In this document: piece after piece, positions 29,625-39,551 of the stretch | Numbering within the stretch: position 1 is the stretch's first letter | How the letters are laid out: every line of letters begins with the position of its first letter | Assembly: GCA_938083015.1 (NCBI GenBank) | Contig: CALKCX010000003.1 | Span: 14,793 to 78,792 of the forward strand | DNA from: an uncultured Candidatus Micrarchaeota archaeon | GTDB lineage: Archaea; Micrarchaeota; Micrarchaeia; Anstonellales; J096 | Direction of reading: 5' to 3' | DNA length: 64,000 nt | Notes under the pieces: model-generated | Told to the model about the DNA's origin: nothing | Database searches by the model: none | Seen by the model: the letters and a program-made list of their open reading frames with translations, nothing else | Made by a program: the position numbers and the translations under genes

Positions 29625-30097
29625 CTTTCTATCACGATATTCAATACACCGTTTCTAATATCCTTACTGATAATTTTTCCATTCTTAAAATCAGAATTTA
29701 AAGGTACTCTTATATTCATTCCATCTCCTGTTATTACAAGTTTACCATCTTCTATCTTTACATCAACGTTTTTTGAATTATTCTCTAATAATACGGCTAT
29801 CTTTAATTTATCTCCTTCTCTACTTACATCAAACATAGGTAGATTTGCCTGTTCTTCTCTATCAAAATCGCTTTCTTCTTTAACTCGCTCTACAATTTTA
29901 ACAGGTTCAATACCAAACATCCTAAGCATTTCCATCTGCATCTGATGAATCTTTCTAAACATGTTTTCAAATTCTTTTTCAAATACTTCAGTATTATTAT
30001 CAAAATCATCTATATACTCTATTCTAGGAGGTTTATCTCCTTCTTTTATAATTCTAAAACCAAATCTTCTAATCTTGAATTTTTTCTCATCGTCCAT
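29621..30097 (-). CDS. Small heat-shock protein (archaeal Hsp20 family)
   Basis: N-terminal FGFRIIKEGDKPPRIEY and C-terminal alpha-crystallin-like DVKIEDGKLVITG...RNGVLNIVIE; ATG 30097 after GGTGA. Confidence 0.75.
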   Translation of the reverse strand: MDDEKKFKIRRFGFRIIKEGDKPPRIEYIDDFDNNTEVFEKEFENMFRKIHQMQMEMLRMFGIEPVKIVERVKEESDFDREEQANLPMFDVSREGDKLKIAVLLENNSKNVDVKIEDGKLVITGDGMNIRVPLNSDFKNGKIISKDIRNGVLNIVIER

Positions 30098-30158
30098 GTT
30101 AATCACCTAAATATATAAGATGTTTTTGATTTTTAAACTTATCACAGAAAGTTTAGAT

Positions 30159-30779
30159 ATGATAATTAGAGAAAATAAAATATATACGAAAAATCTAGTG
30201 CCAGGAAGTAATGTATACGGGGAAAGATTGATAAAAATAGATGGTATAGAATACAGAGAATGGGATCCATATAGAAGTAAATTAGCAGCTGCAATACTTA
30301 AAGGTCTAAAAAATTTTAAATTTAAAAATAACTCGTCAGTATTGTATTTAGGAGCATCTACAGGTACGACTATTTCACATATTTCAGATATATGTTATGA
30401 AGCAGAGATATACGCTGTTGAAATATCTAAGAGAAGCATGCTTCAATTAGTCGAGCTTGCCAAGGTAAGAAAAAACATAATACCTATACTAGCAGATGCT
30501 AATCATCCTATGGACTATCAAGATATTGGCAAAATAGATATATTATATCAAGATATAGCTCAACCTAATCAAATAGAAATTTTCGATAAAAATGTTAACA
30601 TGTTTAAACCTACGTATGCATATCTATGTTTAAAAACTCAAAGCATAGATGTATCTGTCTCCCCGTCTAAGATTTTAGAGAGAGAATTACTTAAAATACC
30701 ATACAGGCCTATTGAAATTATAGATTTAAATCCATATGATAAGCACCATTACTTCTTAGTTTTTCACTTCTATCAATAG
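30159..30779 (+). CDS. flpA: Fibrillarin-like rRNA/tRNA 2'-O-methyltransferase
   Basis: VYGE, YREWDPYRSKLAAAI, VLYLGASTGTT, NIIPILADA, YQDIAQPNQ; start set at ATG 30159. Confidence 0.96.
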   Translation: MIIRENKIYTKNLVPGSNVYGERLIKIDGIEYREWDPYRSKLAAAILKGLKNFKFKNNSSVLYLGASTGTTISHISDICYEAEIYAVEISKRSMLQLVELAKVRKNIIPILADANHPMDYQDIGKIDILYQDIAQPNQIEIFDKNVNMFKPTYAYLCLKTQSIDVSVSPSKILERELLKIPYRPIEIIDLNPYDKHHYFLVFHFYQ

Positions 30780-31850
30780 ATATTGATCTTTACTAAGTTG
30801 ATCTATTAAAGATATGAATTTTGAACCACCTAAATGCCTTATAAACCTTTTGTCTACTTTTTTACCTTTTGTCCAATATATGAACAAATCGTCACATTCC
30901 ATATATTCTAATATCTTTTTATTATCAAAATCTTCAACATCAGTATTTTTAAACGTATATTTGTTTAATCTTCTATACCAAAGATCTCTTGCTAGATCTC
31001 TAATTTTTTTATATTTATTTTGATCTAAATTTAATAATTTCCAAAGTATAGCTTCATCACCAGCATCTACTAAATCTTGAAATGTAATTACATCGTATTC
31101 TAAAGCCATGTATAACAATTTTCTAAGTATAGCAGCAGCTTTGATAATCGTATTATGATGGTAAACATTGTTAAACATCATGTATCTAGCTATTAATATA
31201 GATTCGATTGTTCTTTTATTTTTACTCGATCCATTTTCTATATCAAGCTCTATATTGCCACCAGTTTTATATTTAATTAAATCTAAAACATACTCATCAA
31301 TTATCCCATAAGTAGTTCCTGTATAGTAAGCATCTCTTACTAGATAATCTAATCTATCAAAACCAATTTCATCCGATATTATATTATAATTTTTTATCGA
31401 ATAATCATCTAAATCCAGTTCAGAGCTAATTATACTTATTAATTTTTCTCCAAACTTTTCATGTGTATATTCTTCATTTATTGTAATACTTGTGTTTTCA
31501 TAATTATATGTTAATTTATTATTCATTATTGATAATACTGCCTCAGAGTCATGAGAGAAAGATATATGACCAATATCGTGTAATAATGCATACATTTTAA
31601 CAGATTCTATCTCTTTTAAGTCAATATCATTTTTAAATGATCTTGTAAACATTCTAAAAAATTTATCTGTTAACCCATATACACCTATAGAATGTTGATA
31701 TCTTGTATGGGTAGCACCAGGATAAACTAAATGAGCTAATGAAAGTTGCTTGATATATTTTAATCTAATAAATAAAGGATGTTGTACAATATCTTGAAAC
31801 TTCCCTTCAAGATGTATTAAACCGTGTATAGGATCTTTGATAGTAACCAT
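30756..31850 (-). CDS. HD-domain phosphohydrolase (SAMHD1/dNTPase-like)
   Basis: DPIHG, RLKYIKQL..VYPGATHTRYQHSIG, LLHDIGH, DRLDYLVRD, VYHH. Confidence 0.9.
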   Translation of the reverse strand: MVTIKDPIHGLIHLEGKFQDIVQHPLFIRLKYIKQLSLAHLVYPGATHTRYQHSIGVYGLTDKFFRMFTRSFKNDIDLKEIESVKMYALLHDIGHISFSHDSEAVLSIMNNKLTYNYENTSITINEEYTHEKFGEKLISIISSELDLDDYSIKNYNIISDEIGFDRLDYLVRDAYYTGTTYGIIDEYVLDLIKYKTGGNIELDIENGSSKNKRTIESILIARYMMFNNVYHHNTIIKAAAILRKLLYMALEYDVITFQDLVDAGDEAILWKLLNLDQNKYKKIRDLARDLWYRRLNKYTFKNTDVEDFDNKKILEYMECDDLFIYWTKGKKVDKRFIRHLGGSKFISLIDQLSKDQYLLIEVKN

Positions 31851-31851
31851 C

Positions 31852-32577
31852 TTATACTACTCTTCTATAGGTATCTGTTGAATCCTCAACACATTCTCCT
31901 GCTTCTGCAAGAATTACCAAAATTATTTTTACCATCTGAGACGGAAGTCCGGTTTTTTCAGCTATTTTATCTATATGAGTAGGTATTTTAATACTTCTCA
32001 ATACTTTATCTTTATTCTTATCAAACAATTCTCTTTTTATTACATAGAATTTCGAATCTACCGGATTGTTAAATACTATAAATTGATCAATATCTTCTCT
32101 ATTTTTAAACATCTCTATATCTTCAATTTCCAATATTCCATATTCTAATTCGTTTATCATCTTTATGTAAGACATCAACTTAGTCATTTCATATACTTCT
32201 TTTGGTAAGCTTATCTTACCATCAGAGTTTACCATAACATATTTTGAATCTATTAGATCTTTCAATATGAGCATCTCTTCTTTACTAAGACTATCCTTTA
32301 ACTTATCTATACTTCTATCTTTATAGTATATCATAGAGATTTTCCATAGTAAAGCTCTTTTATCTTTATCTATACTGTTTAGTTTTTTCATCAATCTCTT
32401 AATTTTTGGATCAGATATATCTATTTTGGATTTTTCCTCTTTAATTTCATAAGTCTCTTCAACTTCATAATCCGATTTATCTTGTTTTACTAAAAGCACC
32501 AGATTTTGATTGATTTGATAGACCTGATAACCATAGTTTCTAAGCACGTCAAACGCCTTTCTTAATTCTTCTTTCAT
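31852..32577 (-). CDS. Hypothetical protein with C-terminal winged helix-turn-helix
   Basis: C-terminus PTHIDKIAEKTGLPSQMVKIILVILAEAGECVE is wHTH-like; 1 bp from the HD gene. Confidence 0.65.
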   Translation of the reverse strand: MKEELRKAFDVLRNYGYQVYQINQNLVLLVKQDKSDYEVEETYEIKEEKSKIDISDPKIKRLMKKLNSIDKDKRALLWKISMIYYKDRSIDKLKDSLSKEEMLILKDLIDSKYVMVNSDGKISLPKEVYEMTKLMSYIKMINELEYGILEIEDIEMFKNREDIDQFIVFNNPVDSKFYVIKRELFDKNKDKVLRSIKIPTHIDKIAEKTGLPSQMVKIILVILAEAGECVEDSTDTYRRVV

Positions 32578-32600
32578 ACTTTTATTATTAAACTAAGCTT

Positions 32601-32606
32601 TTTAAA
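32601..32606. promoter_or_regulatory. Palindromic TATA box between the wHTH gene and the C/D sRNA
   Basis: TTTAAA lies 29 nt from ATG 32577 (-) and 31 nt from the C box (+). Confidence 0.55.
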
Positions 32607-32631
32607 AATTCTAGCTTTATATATTAGCTAT

Positions 32632-32686
32632 ATGATGAACACTGGATATGCTGAGCATAAGCTATGACGAGAAATTTGAGTGCTGA
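32632..32686 (+). ncRNA. C/D-box 2'-O-methylation guide sRNA
   Basis: ATGATGA (C, 32632) - ACACTGGATATG - CTGA (D', 32651) - GCATAAGCT - ATGACGA (C', 32664) - GAAATTTGAGTG - CTGA (D, 32683); TTTAAA box at 32601. Confidence 0.87.
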
Positions 32687-33781
32687 TTACTCAATTTGCT
32701 CTTGATCTATTATTTTTGCACCTTCTCCTACCCCCGATATAATGTATTTATGGCCCATGTTTTCTACAAGATCTAATACTTTGTCTAAGTATTTATCTGT
32801 AGTAAATATCAAAGGATTAGGACCTGCATCAAAAGAATAAGCAGCTATGTTTTCTTTAAATTTACTATTCAATTCCAGTATTGAATCTGCAATAGAATGA
32901 CTTACATCGTTCATATATACTATTTTTGGATAACTATTCAACATAATACTATGTAATCCATCTGAAGCTCTTATTACGATTTCCCATACATTATTATAAT
33001 CTCTGACTTTAATTCTATCTATTAATCTTGGTAATAACACATTTTCCTCGTATTCTACCCAATACCAATATAAATACGATGTTTCTACACTTCTCTTCAT
33101 TCCAGTTCTACTATCTATGGGCTTTTCATCTACTTTGACTAGAGGTAATACTATTTTAATATCTTTTAATTCAGATGCAGGTATAATTGATTCGGCATAG
33201 CTAGAATTTTCATCTATGTTTTTATTCATAAATTGCTCAATAGTAAAACCCCTATACCATATTACCAGACCACCTGCTTTAGGTATTGATCTACATGCAG
33301 ATCCTGAGAGTTGTCTGGCCAATATAGTTAATTTTCTTTCCCCCATTTCTCCAAGATTATCTAAATCCTGTTTAATCTCAGGTACAGTATTAGCAATAGC
33401 AACAGCTAAAGCAGAGAAACCTGATGCAGAAGAAGCAAGTCCTGCAGCAGTCGGAAAATTATTTTTAGATTCTATGTAATATGTATAATTCAATACCGAT
33501 GGATAAAAATTAGATATTTTCTCTAAATATATGAGAATGTTTTTATACTCTTTTGAATCCTCTTTAAAGGTCTTTCCATTTAGTATAAATCTTTCTATTA
33601 AAGGTTGATTAGGTTCTCGCTTATCTATTGATAGATTTGTAATCGTTATAAGACTATCTGTAGTAAGTGATATAGAAGATTTTGTTGGATGATTTCTTAA
33701 ACCAAAGATGTTATCTGGAAGTACTCCCCAGTATTTTATCAAAGCTAGATTAGAAGACGATTTAACAAATACCTTTTTCAT
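32687..33781 (-). CDS. mvaD: Diphosphomevalonate/phosphomevalonate decarboxylase (GHMP family)
   Basis: SNLALIKYWG, NNFPTAAGLASSASG, SGSACRS, FDAGPN; start set at ATG 33781. Confidence 0.88.
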   Translation of the reverse strand: MKKVFVKSSSNLALIKYWGVLPDNIFGLRNHPTKSSISLTTDSLITITNLSIDKREPNQPLIERFILNGKTFKEDSKEYKNILIYLEKISNFYPSVLNYTYYIESKNNFPTAAGLASSASGFSALAVAIANTVPEIKQDLDNLGEMGERKLTILARQLSGSACRSIPKAGGLVIWYRGFTIEQFMNKNIDENSSYAESIIPASELKDIKIVLPLVKVDEKPIDSRTGMKRSVETSYLYWYWVEYEENVLLPRLIDRIKVRDYNNVWEIVIRASDGLHSIMLNSYPKIVYMNDVSHSIADSILELNSKFKENIAAYSFDAGPNPLIFTTDKYLDKVLDLVENMGHKYIISGVGEGAKIIDQEQIE

Positions 33782-33810
33782 ATTCTTTTGATAGATTTTT
33801 AAATTAAACA

Positions 33811-33898
33811 TCCCGTCGGAGGGATTTGAACCCCCAACCTCCCGGTATCAACGAATTGCTCACTACAGCCGGGCGCTCTACCGTTGAGCTACGACGGG
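33811..33898 (-). tRNA. tRNA-Tyr(GTA) with a 16-nt intron at position 37/38 (33847-33862)
   Basis: CCCGTCG/CGACGGG acceptor stem (C1-G72, A73), CCCGG-CT-GTA-G[TGAGCAATTCGTTGAT]A-CCGGG, GGTTCAAATCC T arm. Confidence 0.93.
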
Positions 33899-33955
33899 TA
33901 TAACAATGTTTTATTCTAAAATAACATTTAAAAGCTTTATCTTAAACTATAAAGC

Positions 33956-35038
33956 ATGATCCAAGAATTTTTATACTTAATCAAAATGGAGATATTTGGA
34001 AATACTGTTGAACAATATTTATTGTCTTTAATTTTATTAACTGTACTTACAACATTATTTAGACTATTCAAAGAGGTAATATTAAAATATTTAAAACAAT
34101 TAGCTGATAAATCTCAGACAAAATACGATAATTACCTTATAGAAGCGATATCAGAGTTAAAATGGCCTTTCTATATAATTGTTTCATTTTACATATCTAT
34201 AATGTTTCTAAATTTGCCCAAGTCTATATATACATTAATTCATATTCTAACAGTAGCTATAATCGCTTATTATACATCTAAAGCTTTAGTGAAATTCATA
34301 GAATTATTTGTAAAAGATCTAAATAATCGCTTAAATCAAGAAGATAGAATAGATGACAATGTTATAGATCTTGCCTTAGGTATTGTAAGAATAGCAATAA
34401 TAATAATAGTTATAATAACAGCTCTTACTAATCTTGGAATAGATACTACGGCATTGATAACTGGATTAGGTATTGGGGGATTAGCAGTAGCATTTGCATT
34501 ACAAAGAATAATGGAAGATGTGTTTGCCTTCTTCATGATACATATAGATAAACCTATAAAGAAAGGTGAGTTTATAGCAGTTGGTAATTATGCTGGAACT
34601 GTAGAAAAAATAGGATTGAAATCTACTAGAATAAGATCTAGATCTGGAGAGGAAATAATAGTATCGAATAAAGATTTGTTAAATTCTTGGATTAACAATT
34701 ATGGTAGAGTAATAGAAAGACGATATTTACTTCGATTAAATATAGTTTATAATACACCAGTAGATAAGTTAGAGAAAATACCTGAGATAATAAAAGAAGA
34801 AATAAAAAATGCGGCCGAAGATGCTAAAATATATAGGGTACATTTTATAGGTTATGGTGATTCTTCTCTAATTTTTGAAGCTTATATAGGTATAACTAGA
34901 ATGGATTATGTCGAATACTTAGATGTCGTTCAAAAGATAAATTTAAACATAAAGAGAAGATTTGATCGAGAAGCTATAGAATTTGCATTCCCTAGTCAGT
35001 CAATATATATTGAAAAATTCTCTAAAGATAAATTTTAA
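33956..35038 (+). CDS. mscS: Small-conductance mechanosensitive channel
   Basis: GLGIGGLAVAFALQ, DKPIKKGEFI, GTVEKIGLKSTRIR, IEFAFPSQ. Confidence 0.93.
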   Translation: MIQEFLYLIKMEIFGNTVEQYLLSLILLTVLTTLFRLFKEVILKYLKQLADKSQTKYDNYLIEAISELKWPFYIIVSFYISIMFLNLPKSIYTLIHILTVAIIAYYTSKALVKFIELFVKDLNNRLNQEDRIDDNVIDLALGIVRIAIIIIVIITALTNLGIDTTALITGLGIGGLAVAFALQRIMEDVFAFFMIHIDKPIKKGEFIAVGNYAGTVEKIGLKSTRIRSRSGEEIIVSNKDLLNSWINNYGRVIERRYLLRLNIVYNTPVDKLEKIPEIIKEEIKNAAEDAKIYRVHFIGYGDSSLIFEAYIGITRMDYVEYLDVVQKINLNIKRRFDREAIEFAFPSQSIYIEKFSKDKF

Positions 35039-35062
35039 AAATTAACTTATATATAAAATAAC

Positions 35063-35177
<115 letters not shown>

Positions 35178-35206
35178 TTAAATATTTCCGATTTTTTAAT
35201 AATTAC

Positions 35207-36424
35207 ATGTTAGGTACTTCTGGAATAAGGGGAAAGTATGGAGAGAAGATAACACCGTCTTTAATATACAATGTTTCAAATAAATTCGCACAAGGAAAGA
35301 ATATTGTATATATAGGTAAAGATATAAGAGATAGCTCTGATGCTTTATATTATGCTGCTATATCTGGTGCTTTATCGGCCGGTAGTAGAGTTTACGGCAT
35401 AGGTACAGTTGCCACAGGTATATTAGGATTTGCAGGTACAGGTATGATGATAACAGCTTCTCATAATCCAGAATATGATAATGGTATTAAATTCTTCATA
35501 GATAATATTGAACTTACTAAAGAACAAGGAGAATTTTTAAATTTAGAAATTGATGAAAAACATAGCGGTCTATACATAGATTATCAAGAGAGATTATTTG
35601 ATAAATATATGAAAAATCTAGATGTTTTTGATTTTGATTTTACTTTAGAACCAATAGATTTAAATTCATCTGCTTATACATTTTTCAATTATTATATTTC
35701 TCAAACTAGAATAAGATTAAAATTGATAGACAATACACCTTATTTTCTTAGAAATAGTGAACCTATACAAGAGAATGTAAAAATAGATAGAGGATTTATG
35801 TTAGATGGAGATGGAGATAGGGTTGTATTAATTAGAGAGAAAAAAATAATAGACGGTGATAGGATGTTTGCAGCTTTGGCCAAGTATATGCACGAAACTA
35901 GAGGAACAGATGTATTAGTAGTTACAGTAGAATGTCCAATAGCAATAAAGAATTATTTAAGTAATTTTTACAATAAGATAATCGTAACTAAAGTCGGATC
36001 TAATTATATAGCACAGAATTTAAAAAATTATAAAAATGTAGGTTTTGGGGGAGAACCAAATGGCCATTATATCATTCCTTCGTTTAATCTTACCAGTGAC
36101 GGAATAGCTGGTATGGCATTAATTACAGAATTTCTAAAAACACATCAAAGCTTACCAGAGATAAATTATAGAATAATACGAAAGAAATTCAATGTTAATA
36201 ATAAAAACAAAGTAATAGAAGGATTAAAAGAGAGTATTTCGAATTATGAAGATATTGACGGTATACTTATAGAAGATGAAAACTCAAAAGTATTGATAAG
36301 GGCAAGTGGGACAGAATCTTTGATAAGATTGACCATAGAAGGCCCAGAAGGTAAGATAAATGAATTAATTCAAAAATATGAGTCTTTAGTATTAGAAAAT
36401 ATTAAAAAACATGACAATCTATAA
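35207..36424 (+). CDS. Alpha-D-phosphohexomutase (phosphoglucosamine mutase / PMM-PGM)
   Basis: GTSGIRG, TASHNP, DGDGDR, GGEPNGH, RASGTE; start moved to ATG 35207, outside the 5S gene. Confidence 0.9.
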   Translation: MLGTSGIRGKYGEKITPSLIYNVSNKFAQGKNIVYIGKDIRDSSDALYYAAISGALSAGSRVYGIGTVATGILGFAGTGMMITASHNPEYDNGIKFFIDNIELTKEQGEFLNLEIDEKHSGLYIDYQERLFDKYMKNLDVFDFDFTLEPIDLNSSAYTFFNYYISQTRIRLKLIDNTPYFLRNSEPIQENVKIDRGFMLDGDGDRVVLIREKKIIDGDRMFAALAKYMHETRGTDVLVVTVECPIAIKNYLSNFYNKIIVTKVGSNYIAQNLKNYKNVGFGGEPNGHYIIPSFNLTSDGIAGMALITEFLKTHQSLPEINYRIIRKKFNVNNKNKVIEGLKESISNYEDIDGILIEDENSKVLIRASGTESLIRLTIEGPEGKINELIQKYESLVLENIKKHDNL

Positions 36425-36429
36425 AACTT

Positions 36430-38253
36430 ATGAGATTGTTGCTTTTACACGCTAAAGACGTAGTTGTAGAAACTAGAGAAAAAGCAATTGATATACACGA
36501 TGAACCTAATAATATAGAATTGGATCAAGCATTGGTAGTATTTGTAAGCATAGAAAGAGGAGATACTGATGTTTATTTAGAAAAAGCTTCAGATGATATA
36601 ATAGAACATAAAAACAGGGTAAATGTTGATAAAATTGTAATTTATCCATATGTGCACTTAACCAATGATCCTGAAAGTCCAATTAGAGCAAGAGAGATGA
36701 CTCATAGATTAGCTGATATATTACAGAAAAAAGGAATAGCTGTATATAAAGCTCCTTTTGGATGGTATAAATCGTTTAAAATACACGTCTATGGACACCC
36801 ATTGTCAGAACTTAGTAAAACTTATAGAAAAGATACCGAATATATATCTGAATCTTTGAAAAAAGAAAGTGAAGTAAAATCTAGGTTTGTAATACTTTGG
36901 AATGATAAAATATATAATATAGATGAATTTGACTATGCAAATTATCCTAATCTTAAGAAATTGGTAGAATATGAAACTAGAAAAGTAAGAGCATACGAAT
37001 CAGAACCAGTACATATAGATTTGATGAGAAGGTTAAAACTAGCTAGTAATGAACCTGCAAGTGATGCCGGCAATATTAGATATTATCCAAGAGGTAGAAT
37101 GATAAAGAAGATATTGGAAAGAATGGTTAGCGAATATTGTTTAAAATACGGAGCTAATGAAGTAGAGACACCTATTATGTATGATTACAACCATCCAAGT
37201 CTTGAAAAATATTTAAATAGATTTCCAGCTAGACAATATACAGTATTATCAGATCAGAAGAGATACTTTTTAAGATTCGCTGCATGCTTTGGTCAATTTC
37301 TAATCGCCCATGATAGTTATATAAGTTATAGACAGTTACCTATGAAATTATACGAATTAACAAGATACTCTTTTAGAAGAGAGCAAAGTGGAGAAGTTTC
37401 TGGTCTAAAGAGATTAAGGGCATTCACAATGCCAGATATGCATACGTTTACAGCAAATATGGAAATGGCCAAACAAGAATTTATAGAACAACTTAAATTA
37501 TCTAAAAACTTGATGGAAGAATTAGAATTGTTTGACAATATTGAAATAGCATTTAGAGCTCAAGAGGATTTCTTCAATGATAACAGAGATTTCTACAGAG
37601 ATATACAGAAAATAATAGATAATCGCCCTATTTTATTAGAATTATTTGATCAAAGATACGCTTATTTTATAACTAAATTTGAATTTAACTTTATAGATAG
37701 TAAAGATAAAGCAGCAGCTTTATCAACAGTACAAATCGATATAGAAAATGCAGATACTTATGATATAAAGTATATTGATAAAGACGGCAATAGTAAAAGA
37801 CCAATAATATTGCATGCAAGTCTATCTGGAGCTATAGAAAGAGTAATATTTGCCATATTAGAGAAAGAGGGAATGAAGATAGAGAAAGGTAATAAAGGTA
37901 GATTTCCATTCTTTCTTGCACCAATACAAGTAAGAGTAATTCCTATTAGTAAAGATTATTTAAAACAAGCTATAGATGTTTATGAAAAGCTTTCATTAAT
38001 AGTTAGAACAGATATAGACGATAGAGACGATACATTATCGAATAAAATTAGAGAAGCAAACATGGAATGGATTCCATATATTGTAGTAATTGGAAAAAAT
38101 GAAGTAGAATCTGGTAATATTAGTATTACGGATAGAGATGGTAAAAAAATGGAATTAACAATAGAGAAGTTTATAGAAATGTTAAAGTCTAATATAAAAT
38201 ACCAGGAAATGTTAAATATGGAACCTATGTTAAGTAAGAGGGGAGGTATATGA
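36430..38253 (+). CDS. thrS: Threonine--tRNA ligase, archaeal type with N-terminal editing domain
   Basis: MRLLLLH, YPYVHL, APFGWYK, GHPLSELS, LRFAACFG, FRREQSGE, MPDMH, HASLSGAIER. Confidence 0.96.
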   Translation: MRLLLLHAKDVVVETREKAIDIHDEPNNIELDQALVVFVSIERGDTDVYLEKASDDIIEHKNRVNVDKIVIYPYVHLTNDPESPIRAREMTHRLADILQKKGIAVYKAPFGWYKSFKIHVYGHPLSELSKTYRKDTEYISESLKKESEVKSRFVILWNDKIYNIDEFDYANYPNLKKLVEYETRKVRAYESEPVHIDLMRRLKLASNEPASDAGNIRYYPRGRMIKKILERMVSEYCLKYGANEVETPIMYDYNHPSLEKYLNRFPARQYTVLSDQKRYFLRFAACFGQFLIAHDSYISYRQLPMKLYELTRYSFRREQSGEVSGLKRLRAFTMPDMHTFTANMEMAKQEFIEQLKLSKNLMEELELFDNIEIAFRAQEDFFNDNRDFYRDIQKIIDNRPILLELFDQRYAYFITKFEFNFIDSKDKAAALSTVQIDIENADTYDIKYIDKDGNSKRPIILHASLSGAIERVIFAILEKEGMKIEKGNKGRFPFFLAPIQVRVIPISKDYLKQAIDVYEKLSLIVRTDIDDRDDTLSNKIREANMEWIPYIVVIGKNEVESGNISITDRDGKKMELTIEKFIEMLKSNIKYQEMLNMEPMLSKRGGI

Positions 38254-38774
38254 AGATAATTCTAATTACTGGTAAAAGAGGGGCAGGTAAGACTGAATTT
38301 GCTAAGATGATAGCTAAAAACATTCCAGTTTATGAAATGTCAGAATATGTTTATAGAGAAATGAAGAAGGCAAACATTGATAAATTTGATGCCATTACTG
38401 TAGGTCAATTCGCTAAAGATCTTAGAAAAAAATATGGTAATGATATTGTAGCTAGATTATTATGGGATGATATTAAAGATAAGCAAATAGTTGTAATTTC
38501 TGGAGCTAGATCACCTGAAGAAGTAGATTTCTTTAGACAGAGAGCTAAGGTAATTGTCATAAAAATAGATGCTAAACCTGAGATAAGATATGAGAGAATT
38601 GTTCAAAGAAATAGACACGGAGATATAAGATCTTATGAACAGTTTTTAGAAAAGGAAAAATTAGATGAACAATTAGGAGTAGATCAAATTATAGAAGACA
38701 TTATCATAGACAATAATCATGATATAGATTTATTGAAGAGAAAAATAGATCATCTAGTTGATTTTATAATCTAA
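38250..38774 (+). CDS. P-loop nucleotide kinase (UPF0200 / dephospho-CoA kinase-like)
   Basis: ITGKRGAGKT, SGARSPEE, IRYERIVQRNR. Confidence 0.8.
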   Translation: MKIILITGKRGAGKTEFAKMIAKNIPVYEMSEYVYREMKKANIDKFDAITVGQFAKDLRKKYGNDIVARLLWDDIKDKQIVVISGARSPEEVDFFRQRAKVIVIKIDAKPEIRYERIVQRNRHGDIRSYEQFLEKEKLDEQLGVDQIIEDIIIDNNHDIDLLKRKIDHLVDFII

Positions 38775-39551
38775 ATCGTTTCTAAAACATAGGGTAACAT
38801 TTACATTACATCTATAAGGAGAATTTATAGAGATTCTTAAAGGTAAATCTAAAATCATAGGATTTCTTCCATTTGTTAACTCTACTAATGAATCTATACT
38901 AATAGCATAGATAGATAGAATATTGCAATCGTTTTCTACATATATATCTAAAATAGAATCGTTAATAGTTCTATTTATAGGTATATCGTAATAATATATA
39001 AAGCCTTCCATAAGCTCACTATTAAAAGAGTTACATGTTTTAGTAGCTAACATAGTTACATACATAGTACCACCAGAGCAAAACATACCTATACCTACGT
39101 ATACTAGATCATCGCTTAATAACAATCTTCTATGTCCAACACTTTGAAACCAACTATCTACTACCATTTTAGCAGATTTAGCAGATGTATCACATGTCGT
39201 ATGTTTTGACATAAATAAATTCTCTCCAGCTATGAAAAATAGATATTTATTGTCTAATAATCTATCTTCTACGTTTTTTCCATCTTTGTCAAAATGACTA
39301 AAGAAGTTTTCTCTATACATACGGATAGAATAAGATCTAGCAATATAGCTTAACCTATTATCAAATACGTATGGGGAAAGATTGTAATCTATTCTAATTC
39401 TATTGATAAATTGAAAGACCATGTATTCAAATTCATTAGCAGGAGGAGCGTCTGATCTTTTAAATATTTCTGGGTCTGTTTTGTTTACACACGCAGATAC
39501 GATAAAAAGTAGACTAATCAGTAGAAATCTCAAGTAAAGATCTGTTTTCAT
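38754..39551 (-). CDS. CAP/SCP-domain lipoprotein
   Basis: Signal MKTDLYLRFLLISLLFIVSAC, INRIR, FFSH, AGENL, WFQSVGHRRLLL, VGIG. Confidence 0.85.
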   Translation of the reverse strand: MKTDLYLRFLLISLLFIVSACVNKTDPEIFKRSDAPPANEFEYMVFQFINRIRIDYNLSPYVFDNRLSYIARSYSIRMYRENFFSHFDKDGKNVEDRLLDNKYLFFIAGENLFMSKHTTCDTSAKSAKMVVDSWFQSVGHRRLLLSDDLVYVGIGMFCSGGTMYVTMLATKTCNSFNSELMEGFIYYYDIPINRTINDSILDIYVENDCNILSIYAISIDSLVELTNGRNPMILDLPLRISINSPYRCNVNVTLCFRNDLDYKIN

